Source: a virus
Taxonomy: Duplodnaviria > Caudoviricetes
Virus record (IMG/VR): IMGVR_UViG_3300037692_000626
Span: 1 to 39,708 of that record
DNA length: 39,708 nt
Reading direction: 5' to 3' (one strand)
Part shown: positions 23,276-32,927 of the stretch, in pieces
Numbering within the stretch: position 1 is the first letter of the stretch
How the letters are laid out: every line of letters begins with the position of its first letter
Program-made: the position numbers and the translations under genes
The notes under the pieces: generated by a model
Databases searched by the model: none
What the model saw: only the letters and a program-made list of their open reading frames with translations
Told to the model about the DNA's origin: nothing

Positions 23276-26200
23276 GCCTGGTCATCGGCGCCGACGGCAA
23301 GGCGGCCATCGAGGGGATCTCCAAGGTCGGCTCCTCGCTGGAGTCGATGAAGAAGCAGGCGGCCGATTCCGGAGGGGTTCTCTCCTCGATCTCCTCGCGG
23401 ATGGCGTCCTCGCTGCGGCAGCTCTCCGCCGCCGCCCTGGCGGCGGTCGGGATCTACAAGCTCACGTCCGCGGCCACGGATCTGGTCAAGGAATCGACGC
23501 TTCTCGCCGCCCGGTCGGAGACCCTGGGCGTGGTCATGTCGCAGGTCGGAGTCAACGCCGGGTACTCCTCGGACCAGATGCGCGGGTACATGGAAGCCGT
23601 CCGATCGGCCGGGATCACGACCATCCAGTCCCAGGAGGCGGTCATCCGCATGACGCAGGCGCACCTGGACCTCGCGCAGGCCTCCAAACTCGCCCGCGTG
23701 GCGCAGGACGCCGCCGTCATCGGCGCCGTCAACTCCTCCGAGGCGCTCGACCGCCTGCTGCACGGCATCACGACGCTGCAGCCAGAGATCCTTCGCACGA
23801 TCGGGATCACGGTGAACTTCGAACAGGAGTACGCCCGGGCCGCCGCGCAGATGGGCAAAAATCAGGAGGCCCTCTCCCAGCAGGAGAAGCAGCAGATCGC
23901 GTTCAATGCGGTTCTGTCCCGCGGGGCGGACATCGCAGGGTCGTACGAGGCGGCGATGGGGACCGCCGGCAAGCAGATGGGAAGCCTGTCACGGCTCTTT
24001 GAGGAGGCGAAGCTTCAGATCGGCCAGGCCTTCAATCCGGCGTTTACGATCCTGATACGGGCCGTTTCCAACGAGGTCGAAAGCCTTTCCAACTGGCTCG
24101 TCCGGATGCAGGACGAGGGGAAGATCGCACGATGGAGCGCCTCCTTCTCCTCGGCGGTGCGTTCGGCATGGAACGGCGCCCGGACGCTGGGAGAGACGCT
24201 TGCGTGGACCGCCGGGAAGATCTCGGCGTTCTGGGAGGTCGGCCAGGCGGTGGCGGCCGGCATGGGGGCGCTCTGGGTCGTCAAGTGGGCGGCGGCCTCC
24301 ACGGCGGTCTCCAATTTCCTCTTCTACGCGAAAAACGCCGGGTTCATGGTCGAGTACCTCTCCGCCGCCGTCCTGCCCGGACTCGTATCCCCCGCGGGGA
24401 TCGCGGCGGCCGCGGTCGGATTGCTGGCGTACGCGTTTATTTCCGTCGGCAAGGAGGCCCGCGACGCCGAGCGCGACGTGGAGGCGTTCAAGGTACGCGC
24501 CGCGGGCATGAACATGGACGAGGCCACGGCGAACCTCCAGGGGTTTACCGACCAGCTGCGCGAAACCCGGCGCGTCCTGCAGCAGTTCGACGGAGCTCCT
24601 CTTCCCGGCGACCTGGGGGTGGATTTCGGGCTGATCAGCGCCAGCGCGCAGGCGACCGCGTTGGAGGGAAAGATCAAGGCCGCGGAAGACAGGATCGCCC
24701 AGGTCCGGAAGATGCGGGAAGTCGAGGATCAGCAGATCGCCGCGGCCCGCGCGAAGGCCGAGCAGGACAGGAAAAGCCAGGTCAACGCACAGCTCGAGAG
24801 CCAGCTCGCCGAGGGGACGCGCAAGGCGGGGGTGAGCGCGTCGGCGGATCGCATGGCGCAGATCGACGCGGAAGCGGCGCACTACCTCGAGCAGGGGGCC
24901 AAAAAGGCGACGGTGGACCGGTGGGCCGCGGCCCAGAAGGTAAAAGCCGCGCAAGACGCGCACGACAAGGTGATGGAGTTCGTCTCATCCGAGAGCCAGT
25001 CCGACGTTGAGCAGCTCGAGCAAAAGATCAGGGATTACGAGCGGGAAGGGGCGTCGTTCGAGGACCTGGTGAGGGCCTGGGAGGCCGGGTACGACCGCAT
25101 CGAGCGCAAGCGCGGGGCCGATGCGGCCAAGGCGAACGAGGAGTGGGAACGGAAGATGACCGAGCAGGCGGCCGCGGAGGGTCTCGCACGGGCGAACGTG
25201 GAGCTTCAGGCGGCCGAGAACGTAGCCCGCCGCAAGCAGGAAATAAACCAGTTGGCGCTTGCCGCCGGAAACATCGCCGAATCGCAGGTCCTCCGGGAGC
25301 GTTACGCCGGAGAGCGCAACGTCCTGAAGGCCAAGGAAGATCAGATATTTGCCTCCCTGGTCGTTGCGAAAACGGAAGAAGAATACATCCGCCTGGCCGG
25401 CGAGTACAAGGCACTCAAGGAGGAGATCGTCTTTCTGGAGGAAAGGGAAGCCTACGAGCTCGGCGCGCGGCGCCTCCAACTGCAGACCGAGATCACCGAC
25501 CTTTCCCGGCAGCAGGCGGAGATGTTGCAACAGCAGAACAGGTCGCACGCGCAGGAGGCCCTGGGGAAGATCGGCGGCGGGGAGCTCGGAAGCTCCCTGG
25601 GCGAGTTCTCCACGCTCGCCCAGGGCGTGGAGGCCGGCGTCGCCCAGGGGAACGACCAGTATTCGCTCGAATACCAGGCCTGGGCGGCTTTCCAGGACCA
25701 GAAGGTCATGAAGCTCGAGGAACAATATGCCCTCGAACAGGAGCGGCTGCGCCTGAACGGGACCTCCGAGATTTTAATCATGGAGGCAACGCAGGCGCGG
25801 GCCTCCGAGATCCGGGACGCGTACCGGGAATACGACCAGCAGGCGGAACAGGCGACGCAGCAGCAGAAAATCGCCATGGCCGGCGCCGGGTTCGGGATGA
25901 TGGCGAACCTGGCGTCGGCGTTCTACGCGGCCTCCGGGAACCAGAGCAAGAAGGCCTTCGCCGTCATGAAGGCCATGCGGATCGGCGAGACGGTGATGAA
26001 CACCTACTCCGCCGCGGTCGCCGCGTACAACGCCATGGCGTCCATCCCGTATGTGGGCCCCGCCCTGGGGGCGGCCGCCGCCGCGGCCGCGATCGCGTTC
26101 GGAATGGCGCAGGTCAAGGCGATCGCCTCGTCTCAGCCCGGCGGATCCGGCGCGGTCGCATCCGTCGGCGGCGGGGTTCCCTCGTATGCCGGCTCTTCCG

Positions 26201-26358
26201 CCACTCCCGCCCTGTCCGCGCTCCCGGCGCAGACGGAGGAGAAGCGGCCCCTCGTCATCAACATCACGGTCCAGGGGGGCCTCTACGGCGACGCGGATGC
26301 CATCGCCCGATCGCTTGTGCCGTACTTAAACAAGGCTACCGGCGACGGGGTGAACTGA
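23254..26358 (+). CDS. Tape measure protein
   Basis: 1034 aa, Ala-rich helical protein with central hydrophobic segments and C-terminal ASIPYVGPALGAAAAAAA motif; follows the chaperones. Confidence 0.93.
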   Translation: MADNLRISLVIGADGKAAIEGISKVGSSLESMKKQAADSGGVLSSISSRMASSLRQLSAAALAAVGIYKLTSAATDLVKESTLLAARSETLGVVMSQVGVNAGYSSDQMRGYMEAVRSAGITTIQSQEAVIRMTQAHLDLAQASKLARVAQDAAVIGAVNSSEALDRLLHGITTLQPEILRTIGITVNFEQEYARAAAQMGKNQEALSQQEKQQIAFNAVLSRGADIAGSYEAAMGTAGKQMGSLSRLFEEAKLQIGQAFNPAFTILIRAVSNEVESLSNWLVRMQDEGKIARWSASFSSAVRSAWNGARTLGETLAWTAGKISAFWEVGQAVAAGMGALWVVKWAAASTAVSNFLFYAKNAGFMVEYLSAAVLPGLVSPAGIAAAAVGLLAYAFISVGKEARDAERDVEAFKVRAAGMNMDEATANLQGFTDQLRETRRVLQQFDGAPLPGDLGVDFGLISASAQATALEGKIKAAEDRIAQVRKMREVEDQQIAAARAKAEQDRKSQVNAQLESQLAEGTRKAGVSASADRMAQIDAEAAHYLEQGAKKATVDRWAAAQKVKAAQDAHDKVMEFVSSESQSDVEQLEQKIRDYEREGASFEDLVRAWEAGYDRIERKRGADAAKANEEWERKMTEQAAAEGLARANVELQAAENVARRKQEINQLALAAGNIAESQVLRERYAGERNVLKAKEDQIFASLVVAKTEEEYIRLAGEYKALKEEIVFLEEREAYELGARRLQLQTEITDLSRQQAEMLQQQNRSHAQEALGKIGGGELGSSLGEFSTLAQGVEAGVAQGNDQYSLEYQAWAAFQDQKVMKLEEQYALEQERLRLNGTSEILIMEATQARASEIRDAYREYDQQAEQATQQQKIAMAGAGFGMMANLASAFYAASGNQSKKAFAVMKAMRIGETVMNTYSAAVAAYNAMASIPYVGPALGAAAAAAAIAFGMAQVKAIASSQPGGSGAVASVGGGVPSYAGSSATPALSALPAQTEEKRPLVINITVQGGLYGDADAIARSLVPYLNKATGDGVN

Positions 26359-26360
26359 CG

Positions 26361-27128
26361 ATGCCCCCGGTCATCCTGGCGACGAACCTTCTTCCCCTGG
26401 GGACGCTCTCCGCCTCCTCCACCGCTTCGGGCTACTACGTCGAGAGCCTGTCCGACGGACTCGAGTATACGCACTGGAAGGCCGCCGCCGGCGGTGCGCA
26501 GTCGGTAACGCTTGACTTGGGGGCCGGGAATGGACAGGCCGCCTCGGCCTTGGGGCTAAAGAAGCACAACTTAAAAACCGTCTCCGCGACCGTGTCGGTT
26601 GAGAGCTCGGATAACGGCGCCGACTGGACGACGCGCCTGGCAGGGTTTGTCCCGTCCACGGACAAGGCGCTCCTCAAAACCTTCGCCGCGGCCACGGCCC
26701 GGTACTGGCGGATCAACATGGCCGGGTGCACGGCGGCGCCGCAGATGGCGGTCGCGGCGGCCGGCCCTCGGATCGACTTCCCGTATCCGCCGGATTCCCC
26801 CTTCACCCCCTCCGAGGAGGGAATCGAGGGCGAGACGAACCGGAGCAAGCTCGGGGTGCTTTTGGGGGTTACGGTTCGGTGGAAGACCTTCCGGATCCGG
26901 GCGAGGTGGACCAGGCTATTGCGGAGTTGGCTCGACGCGAACCTTGTGCCGTGGTGGGACGCGCACGCCTCCAACCTCAAACCTTTCTTCTGGGCGTGGG
27001 ACCTATCCGTCTATCCGGAGAAGGTCCATTACGGGGCGGTGCCGGACGGGTACAAGTGGCGCCCGGACGTGGCCCGGGGCCTTACCTACGAGAACTTCGA
27101 GATCGAGATCGAGGGGGCGAAGGAGTAG
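26361..27128 (+). CDS. Distal-tail-like protein with galactose-binding-like N-terminal domain
   Basis: ATG 2 nt after the TMP stop; HWKAA..QSVTLDLG...VESSDNGADWT...ARYWRI (discoidin-like), KPFFWAWD. Confidence 0.7.
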   Translation: MPPVILATNLLPLGTLSASSTASGYYVESLSDGLEYTHWKAAAGGAQSVTLDLGAGNGQAASALGLKKHNLKTVSATVSVESSDNGADWTTRLAGFVPSTDKALLKTFAAATARYWRINMAGCTAAPQMAVAAAGPRIDFPYPPDSPFTPSEEGIEGETNRSKLGVLLGVTVRWKTFRIRARWTRLLRSWLDANLVPWWDAHASNLKPFFWAWDLSVYPEKVHYGAVPDGYKWRPDVARGLTYENFEIEIEGAKE

Positions 27129-27131
27129 ACG

Positions 27132-28121
27132 ATGGGACGGATTTTCATAGACGGTTTCGAGCATGGAAACCTGGCGTTCTGGCCCGCGAAGGTGGGGGCG
27201 ACGGTCGTGTCCTCGGCCGGGCTGGACATGGACGGCAACTACTGCATGGGATGCACCGGTATATATGACTGGGTACAAAGATCACTCGCCGACGCAAACG
27301 AGCTATATTTCGCCTTCCGGTGGCGGCCGACGACGAGCGGTAATGTTGGTCTATTAGCCGTTTATAAGGGCTCCACAGCTATGGTCAATGTTGTCACCAC
27401 GTCTTCCGGTGGCTTTAAGTGTAACACCTGGTCAACCTTGTTGGCATCCTCCGCTGGGGGCTTATATTCGACCGATGTGACCCACAAGGTCGAAATCTAT
27501 ATCAAAATCGACAACACCGTCGGCCGGGTCGTCGTGAAGATAAACGGGATCCCGGTGATCGACTTCACCGGGGATACCCAATCCGGGACGGATTCCACGT
27601 TTGACTCGTTGAAGATCGGGGCGGCGTCGGGTTTCCCGGAGGGGCAATATGCCCAGGCCTATTTCGACAACGTCGTGGTCGACGACACGGAATGGCCCGG
27701 CGACACCAAGATCGCTGCCGTCGTCCCGACCGGCGCGGGGAACTCGGCCCAGTGGACGCCCTCGGCGGGAGCCAACTGGGACTGCGTCGAGGAGGTCCCC
27801 CCGTCGGACGCGGACTACATCACCACGAACACGGTCGGCCAGAAGGACACCTACGTCGCGAGCGACCTGCCTTCGGACGCCTCGGCCGTCAAATGCGTCC
27901 AGTTCGCCGCGCGCGCGCAGAAGGAGGGGGCCGCGACCCCTCAGAACCTGGCCTTCGTCATCCGGACCGGGGCGGTGGACTACGAGGGAAGTGGCGTCGT
28001 CCTGCCGACGGTGCTCTCCGAGCACGTCCGGGACCTGTGGGTGAACAACCCGGCCACCTCCCAAGCCTTCACCCCCTCGGAAGTAAACGGCATGGAAATC
28101 GGCATCAAGGCCATCGCGTAA
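27132..28121 (+). CDS. Minor tail protein with ConA/LamG-like beta-sandwich (possible receptor binding)
   Basis: IDGFE...HKVEIYIKID..VGRVVVKING...AYFDNVVV; tail operon position. Confidence 0.65.
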   Translation: MGRIFIDGFEHGNLAFWPAKVGATVVSSAGLDMDGNYCMGCTGIYDWVQRSLADANELYFAFRWRPTTSGNVGLLAVYKGSTAMVNVVTTSSGGFKCNTWSTLLASSAGGLYSTDVTHKVEIYIKIDNTVGRVVVKINGIPVIDFTGDTQSGTDSTFDSLKIGAASGFPEGQYAQAYFDNVVVDDTEWPGDTKIAAVVPTGAGNSAQWTPSAGANWDCVEEVPPSDADYITTNTVGQKDTYVASDLPSDASAVKCVQFAARAQKEGAATPQNLAFVIRTGAVDYEGSGVVLPTVLSEHVRDLWVNNPATSQAFTPSEVNGMEIGIKAIA

Positions 28122-28131
28122 GAAGGCGGCC

Positions 28132-30303
28132 ATGGCGGACCAGGTAAAGACAACCCAGGTCGGGGCTCAAGGCGAGTACGAGCCGCCCCCGCAGCAGAAG
28201 CTCTCCCAGGTCGGGGCGCAGGTCGAATATGACCCTACGATCACCCAGAAGCTCACCTCCCTGTTCGCGGCCGTGGAGTTCCAGCCGCCGCCGCTATGCC
28301 GCGTCTCCCAGTTTTTTGCCCAGGCCGAGTACGTTTCCGGCCCGGGCGCTCCCGGGAACCTCTCGGCCGTCGGCGGGATCGGACAGATCACGGTCAATTG
28401 GGACGATGTTGCCGGGGCCGACTCGTACAACCTGTATTGGAGCCGGACGCCGGGAGTGACGAAGTCCACGGGGACGAAGATCGAAGGGGTGAGCTCCCCG
28501 TACATCCATTCCGCGCTCCTTCCGGAGACGACCTACTATTATTGCCTGACGACGGTGGACGGCGGCATCGAGTCGGGGGAGTCGGCGGTCGTCAGCGCAA
28601 CGACGGTGGTGCCGGTGTCGGCCGGCCGCACGCCCCTCGCCCGCGTCATCATCACGCTCGATTTCTGCGGCCGGACCTTCGGGGTCGATCCGTGTCTGGC
28701 GACGGGCACTCCCTGCTACAACACCTGGGCGACGTGCAAGTACTTCTCGGCGTTCCTGCGCCAGGACCGGGACTACCTGTTCTCCGAGCCCCCCCAGCCG
28801 TTCGACAACGTCCGGCCGTACGTCAAGAGCCTGAAGATCCTGCCCACCGAGATAAAGAGCTCGCTAACCGTGAACTCGCGGATCAACGTCGAGTTCCACG
28901 ACGACGCTTCCGACATCGACGTGCACACCGACCCGTACTGGAGCCAGCGCTCCTCCCACCCGGGCACCTTCTGGAAGCGCCTCCTGGCGCGCAACCCGAA
29001 CTACCGGCGCAGGCGCATCCGGATCTTCGAGGGGTTCCTGGGCGATTCCGACGAATATTACAAGGAGCGGTGGAACGGGGTGCTGGAGAACATCACGCTC
29101 GGTCGGGGCGTGGTACGCGTGGAGGCGGTCGACCTTCTGCGGGACCTCTCCAAAATCGAGGTCCCACCGAAGCAGGACAGCAAGCTCGCCGCGGACATCG
29201 ATGCGGCGACCACCTTCGGAGCGACGCTCACCTCGGTCGTTGGGCTGGATCCCGCCGGCTACATACGGCTCGACGAGGAGGTGATCGGCTACGCGTCGAT
29301 CAACACCGAGGCAAGGCAGATCCTGACCCTTGCCCGGGGAGCGTTTCGCACCGTCGCCGACGGCCACGCGGTGAACGCCAAGGTCCAGAAGTGCCGCGTC
29401 TACGGCCCCGGGAACTGGTGCGACATCCTGAAGGACAAGCTCCTGAAAACCGACGGCGGCCTGGCGGACGCGGACCTGAACCTCCCGTCGTTTACGGAGT
29501 CGCGGGAATGGCCCACCGGCGAGGTCCTGTTCTTCGCCGTGGTGTCGGAACCGGTGAAGCTCTCCGAGCTGGTGATGGAGATCGTGGATCTCCTGGACGT
29601 CCGGATCTGGATCGGGGAGGACCTGAAAGTCACCGTGCGCCGCAACGTCCCCAACGCCCCGGGACGTGAGTACCACGCGATCAACGACGAGAGCGGCATT
29701 CTCTCGGGGTCCGCCGGGGTCGACTTGAACGAGAAGGCCAGGCTCACGCGCTGCGCGATCTACTGGGACAAGAACCCGATCGGGAAACTGGACGACGTCC
29801 TCTCCTACAGCCGCCTCGAGGTCGCGGTCGACGCGGGGTCGGAGAGAGCTGAAGCGTACAGCGAGGTGATGGAGAAGAAGATCTTCTGTCGGTGGCTGTC
29901 GGCCACCTACATGCAGGAGGAGCTGGCGGCCCAGGCGGTGAAAAACCTCGCCGGGCGCAAGGTCCTCCAGGCCAGGGAAGGGCAGACGCTTCTCTCCTTC
30001 GATCTGGACCTGAAAGACAGCGCGATCAAGACCGGAGACTGGGTGCTGCTGACCACCGACGAGGTCACGCTTCCGGACGGATCGCCCATTCCCGGCTTTT
30101 CCTTCCAGGTGGTGAAACGCGAGATGAAGGCCGGCCGTGTCGGGTACCAGCTGCTCAAGATGAGCGACCGGCGCTACTGCATCATCGGCCCCTCGGGTCA
30201 GCCGGATTATATGGCCGCGACCCCGGCGCAGCGCGAGTACGGATACATCGCCGGGAGCGACGGGAAGATGAGCAACGGGGATCCCGGGTACCACCCCTAT
30301 TAG
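28132..30303 (+). CDS. Tail tip/hub protein with N-terminal repeats and an FN3 domain
   Basis: Four QxxAxxEY/F repeats, FN3 (PGAPGNL..ITVNWD..ADSYNLYW..TTYYY..ESGES), Cys cluster C-x7-C-x5-C-x6-C. Confidence 0.75.
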   Translation: MADQVKTTQVGAQGEYEPPPQQKLSQVGAQVEYDPTITQKLTSLFAAVEFQPPPLCRVSQFFAQAEYVSGPGAPGNLSAVGGIGQITVNWDDVAGADSYNLYWSRTPGVTKSTGTKIEGVSSPYIHSALLPETTYYYCLTTVDGGIESGESAVVSATTVVPVSAGRTPLARVIITLDFCGRTFGVDPCLATGTPCYNTWATCKYFSAFLRQDRDYLFSEPPQPFDNVRPYVKSLKILPTEIKSSLTVNSRINVEFHDDASDIDVHTDPYWSQRSSHPGTFWKRLLARNPNYRRRRIRIFEGFLGDSDEYYKERWNGVLENITLGRGVVRVEAVDLLRDLSKIEVPPKQDSKLAADIDAATTFGATLTSVVGLDPAGYIRLDEEVIGYASINTEARQILTLARGAFRTVADGHAVNAKVQKCRVYGPGNWCDILKDKLLKTDGGLADADLNLPSFTESREWPTGEVLFFAVVSEPVKLSELVMEIVDLLDVRIWIGEDLKVTVRRNVPNAPGREYHAINDESGILSGSAGVDLNEKARLTRCAIYWDKNPIGKLDDVLSYSRLEVAVDAGSERAEAYSEVMEKKIFCRWLSATYMQEELAAQAVKNLAGRKVLQAREGQTLLSFDLDLKDSAIKTGDWVLLTTDEVTLPDGSPIPGFSFQVVKREMKAGRVGYQLLKMSDRRYCIIGPSGQPDYMAATPAQREYGYIAGSDGKMSNGDPGYHPY

Positions 30304-30322
30304 TTAGAAGGAGAGCAAAGGA

Positions 30323-31309
30323 ATGGCGTACGAAGCGCTGACACAGGCCGAATGCCAGCAGGACGAGCCGGTTACGACCGACTTGCTCCTGAAGATCAAG
30401 AACAACTTCGATTACCTGTACTCCATCATCGGCTCCGGCAGCGGCGGGGGCAGCGGGGGGGGCGGCGGCGGGTTCCCGAACGGGTCGTTCGAGATCGACG
30501 AGGACGGCGACAACATCCCGGACACCTGGACGCGGTACCTCTATCCGGGCGGGTCCGCCGCTTACGACACGGACACGCCGATGCACGGCGCGAAGGCGTA
30601 CAAGTTCACGCGGGCGGCGGGGTCGAACAACGGCGGCGGGTACCTGGAGAGCGACTACGTCGCGACGAGCGAGCTGTTCAACGGCCCGGTCTGGGTCATC
30701 TACCGATGTTCCGTGCCCGGCGTAAAAGTGATGGTCCAGTTCCGGTTTTACGATAAGGCCAAGGTCGAGATCGGCGCTCCCACGACGGTCTTCTCGTCGA
30801 CCGACAACCCGACGACTCGGAAGAAGATTATTTTGTGGTGCGATCCTCCGGCCACGGCGCGGTTTTTCAAGATGCGTCTCATCGGCGGATACACGGACAC
30901 CGATGTCGAGGGCGACACCTTCTTCGACGGTACGGGGATCTCGGATGGCTCCAACTGGAGGAATGTACCCATCACGATCGCAGAGATCAGCACGCCCACG
31001 TCCACGACCGGAAACGCGACACTTCCCTTGCCCGCCCTGTCCGCGGACGGCGTTGCGCGAATTACTTTCATGGCGGAAACCCATGGCGCGGCGGGTACTC
31101 CAGACATCCATTTCAGTATCGGATCGGAACTATCGAATTCGAGATCGGGAGTGGCCGGCGGGGCCTACGGTCCCACGGGACCGTTCAGCATTTTGTACGC
31201 CGGGGCGGGGGGAGAGGTCACGCTGACCTGCCATATCTCGACGGACTCAGGCACCATCTATGCCCGAATGGCGGCGGAACCGGTCTGCATCGAGGTTCTG
31301 GTTCCGTAG
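30323..31309 (+). CDS. Tail protein with carbohydrate-binding-like domain
   Basis: N-terminal PVTTDLLLKIKNN anchor, Gly linker, FPNGSFE..D.DNIPDTW...VQFRFYD...PPATARF...FFDG. Confidence 0.7.
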   Translation: MAYEALTQAECQQDEPVTTDLLLKIKNNFDYLYSIIGSGSGGGSGGGGGGFPNGSFEIDEDGDNIPDTWTRYLYPGGSAAYDTDTPMHGAKAYKFTRAAGSNNGGGYLESDYVATSELFNGPVWVIYRCSVPGVKVMVQFRFYDKAKVEIGAPTTVFSSTDNPTTRKKIILWCDPPATARFFKMRLIGGYTDTDVEGDTFFDGTGISDGSNWRNVPITIAEISTPTSTTGNATLPLPALSADGVARITFMAETHGAAGTPDIHFSIGSELSNSRSGVAGGAYGPTGPFSILYAGAGGEVTLTCHISTDSGTIYARMAAEPVCIEVLVP

Positions 31310-31352
31310 TTCATAGCCTTTCGAATTAAAGGAGGAGACGAGGAATTTATAA

Positions 31353-32912
31353 ATGACGGCTCCCGCCTACACGACGGACCTCGTCGACATCCGGGAAGCG
31401 GAGTCGGGCGAGTCCTGGACCGAGCCCGCCGGAGCGACGGGCGGAGGTGTCCCTTCCGCCGAAACGGACTATTACATTCAAAAAGCGGCGTGCTTTTCCA
31501 AGAGCATGGCGGTCGCCGGTGGGGGTCTTTGCGGCCAGGGAAACCAGGCTGCGGCCTCCGTGATTATCACCTCTCCCGCTGCCTTGTTCATGTGGGTGTT
31601 CTTCGGCTGCCCGAACACGCTGGATACGCTGGCAAACGGCGGCTTGCGGATCATCATGGGCCAGGACAAGGACAACTACCAGGCCTGGTACGTGAAGGGT
31701 GCCGAGACCTACATTTACGGCGGGTGGATCAACATCGCCGTCGATCCTTCCGTGGGCTATCAGGCGAGTCAGGGCTCCCCTTCCGGTGTGTGGCAGTATT
31801 TCGGGGCGGTCGCAAAGACGCTGGCGACGATCTCCAAGGGATCTCCGTTCGGGGTCGACGTTTTCCGCTACGGCAGGACGCTCCAGGTGGCCTACGGGGA
31901 GTCCGCCAATTACGGGACCTTCGTGGGAGCGGCGGCGAAGAACGACGCGAACGATGCCACCGCCGGATACAACCGGTGGGGGCTGTTCCAGGCGATCGAC
32001 GGCGGGTACCTGATGAAGGGTCTGTTCTTGATGGGAACCTCGGGGACCGCCGTGGATTTTCGGGACGCCAACCGGAACATCGCCATACAGGACACGATCC
32101 GGGTCGCGGCCGAGTTCAACACGTTCGAGGTCCGCAACATTTCGAGCCGGGTGGATTGGACGAACATTTCCATCGCCGCGCTCGGTTCCACCTCCAAGGG
32201 CCGGTTCATCGTCACCGACAATGCTGATGTCAACAAGGACGGGTGCGTGTTCACCGACATGGACGCCTTCACGTATCTGTCGAACAGCACGATCCTGGAT
32301 ACCGTCTATCGGCGGTGTGGGCTGGTCACGCAGGGCGGTGCGGTGTTTACCGGTTGCGTTTTCCAGAACGCAACCGGGGCGGTCTCGCTTAAAGTCAGCA
32401 ACCCGTCGCTCGTCACCGGATGCCTTTTCACCTCCGACGGCAGCAACCATGCAGTCGAAGCCGACACCCCGGGGGATTTCGATTGGGACAACGAACTTGT
32501 CGGCTACGCGACCGAGCACGGCTCGAGCGGCAACGAGGCGTTCTACAACAATTCCGGCGGGCATATCAACCTGACCGTCGTCGGCGGCACGGCTCCCAAA
32601 TACAGGAACGGCTCGGGAGCCTCGACCACGATCATCATTCCCGACGTGACGCTCACCATCTCCGCGCCGGTGAGCCTGGTCGGGGCCGAGATCCGGATCT
32701 ACGACATGAACGCCACGCTGCCCGACCTGGGCGACGAACTGGCGGGAACCGAATCCCACAACGCGGCGACCTATGCGTTCAGCGGAGCGGCGAGCAACGC
32801 GATCTGGATCCAGATCATGCTCGCGGGATACGAGGAGTTCGGTCAGCAGGTCACGATGCCGACGGCGAACGGTAGTTTCTACGCGCTCTTGAAGAAAGAA
32901 CTCAACGCCTAA
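31353..32912 (+). CDS. Putative virion fibre-module protein with beta-helix-like repeats
   Basis: Strong SD AAAGGAGG; repeats GCVFTD, GAVFTGCVF, VTGCLF. Confidence 0.65.
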   Translation: MTAPAYTTDLVDIREAESGESWTEPAGATGGGVPSAETDYYIQKAACFSKSMAVAGGGLCGQGNQAAASVIITSPAALFMWVFFGCPNTLDTLANGGLRIIMGQDKDNYQAWYVKGAETYIYGGWINIAVDPSVGYQASQGSPSGVWQYFGAVAKTLATISKGSPFGVDVFRYGRTLQVAYGESANYGTFVGAAAKNDANDATAGYNRWGLFQAIDGGYLMKGLFLMGTSGTAVDFRDANRNIAIQDTIRVAAEFNTFEVRNISSRVDWTNISIAALGSTSKGRFIVTDNADVNKDGCVFTDMDAFTYLSNSTILDTVYRRCGLVTQGGAVFTGCVFQNATGAVSLKVSNPSLVTGCLFTSDGSNHAVEADTPGDFDWDNELVGYATEHGSSGNEAFYNNSGGHINLTVVGGTAPKYRNGSGASTTIIIPDVTLTISAPVSLVGAEIRIYDMNATLPDLGDELAGTESHNAATYAFSGAASNAIWIQIMLAGYEEFGQQVTMPTANGSFYALLKKELNA

Positions 32913-32927
32913 CGGAGGGGCAAGACG

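Noticed and set aside
25143-26360. 5' part of the 661-aa ORF 25143-27128
   Set aside because: Out-of-frame shadow inside the tape measure gene; the real gene starts at ATG 26361.
30455-30462. G8 tracts at 30455-30462 and 37704-37711 as phase-variation sites
   Set aside because: Short, and within Gly linkers of a GC-rich genome; weak evidence compared with the G12 tract.
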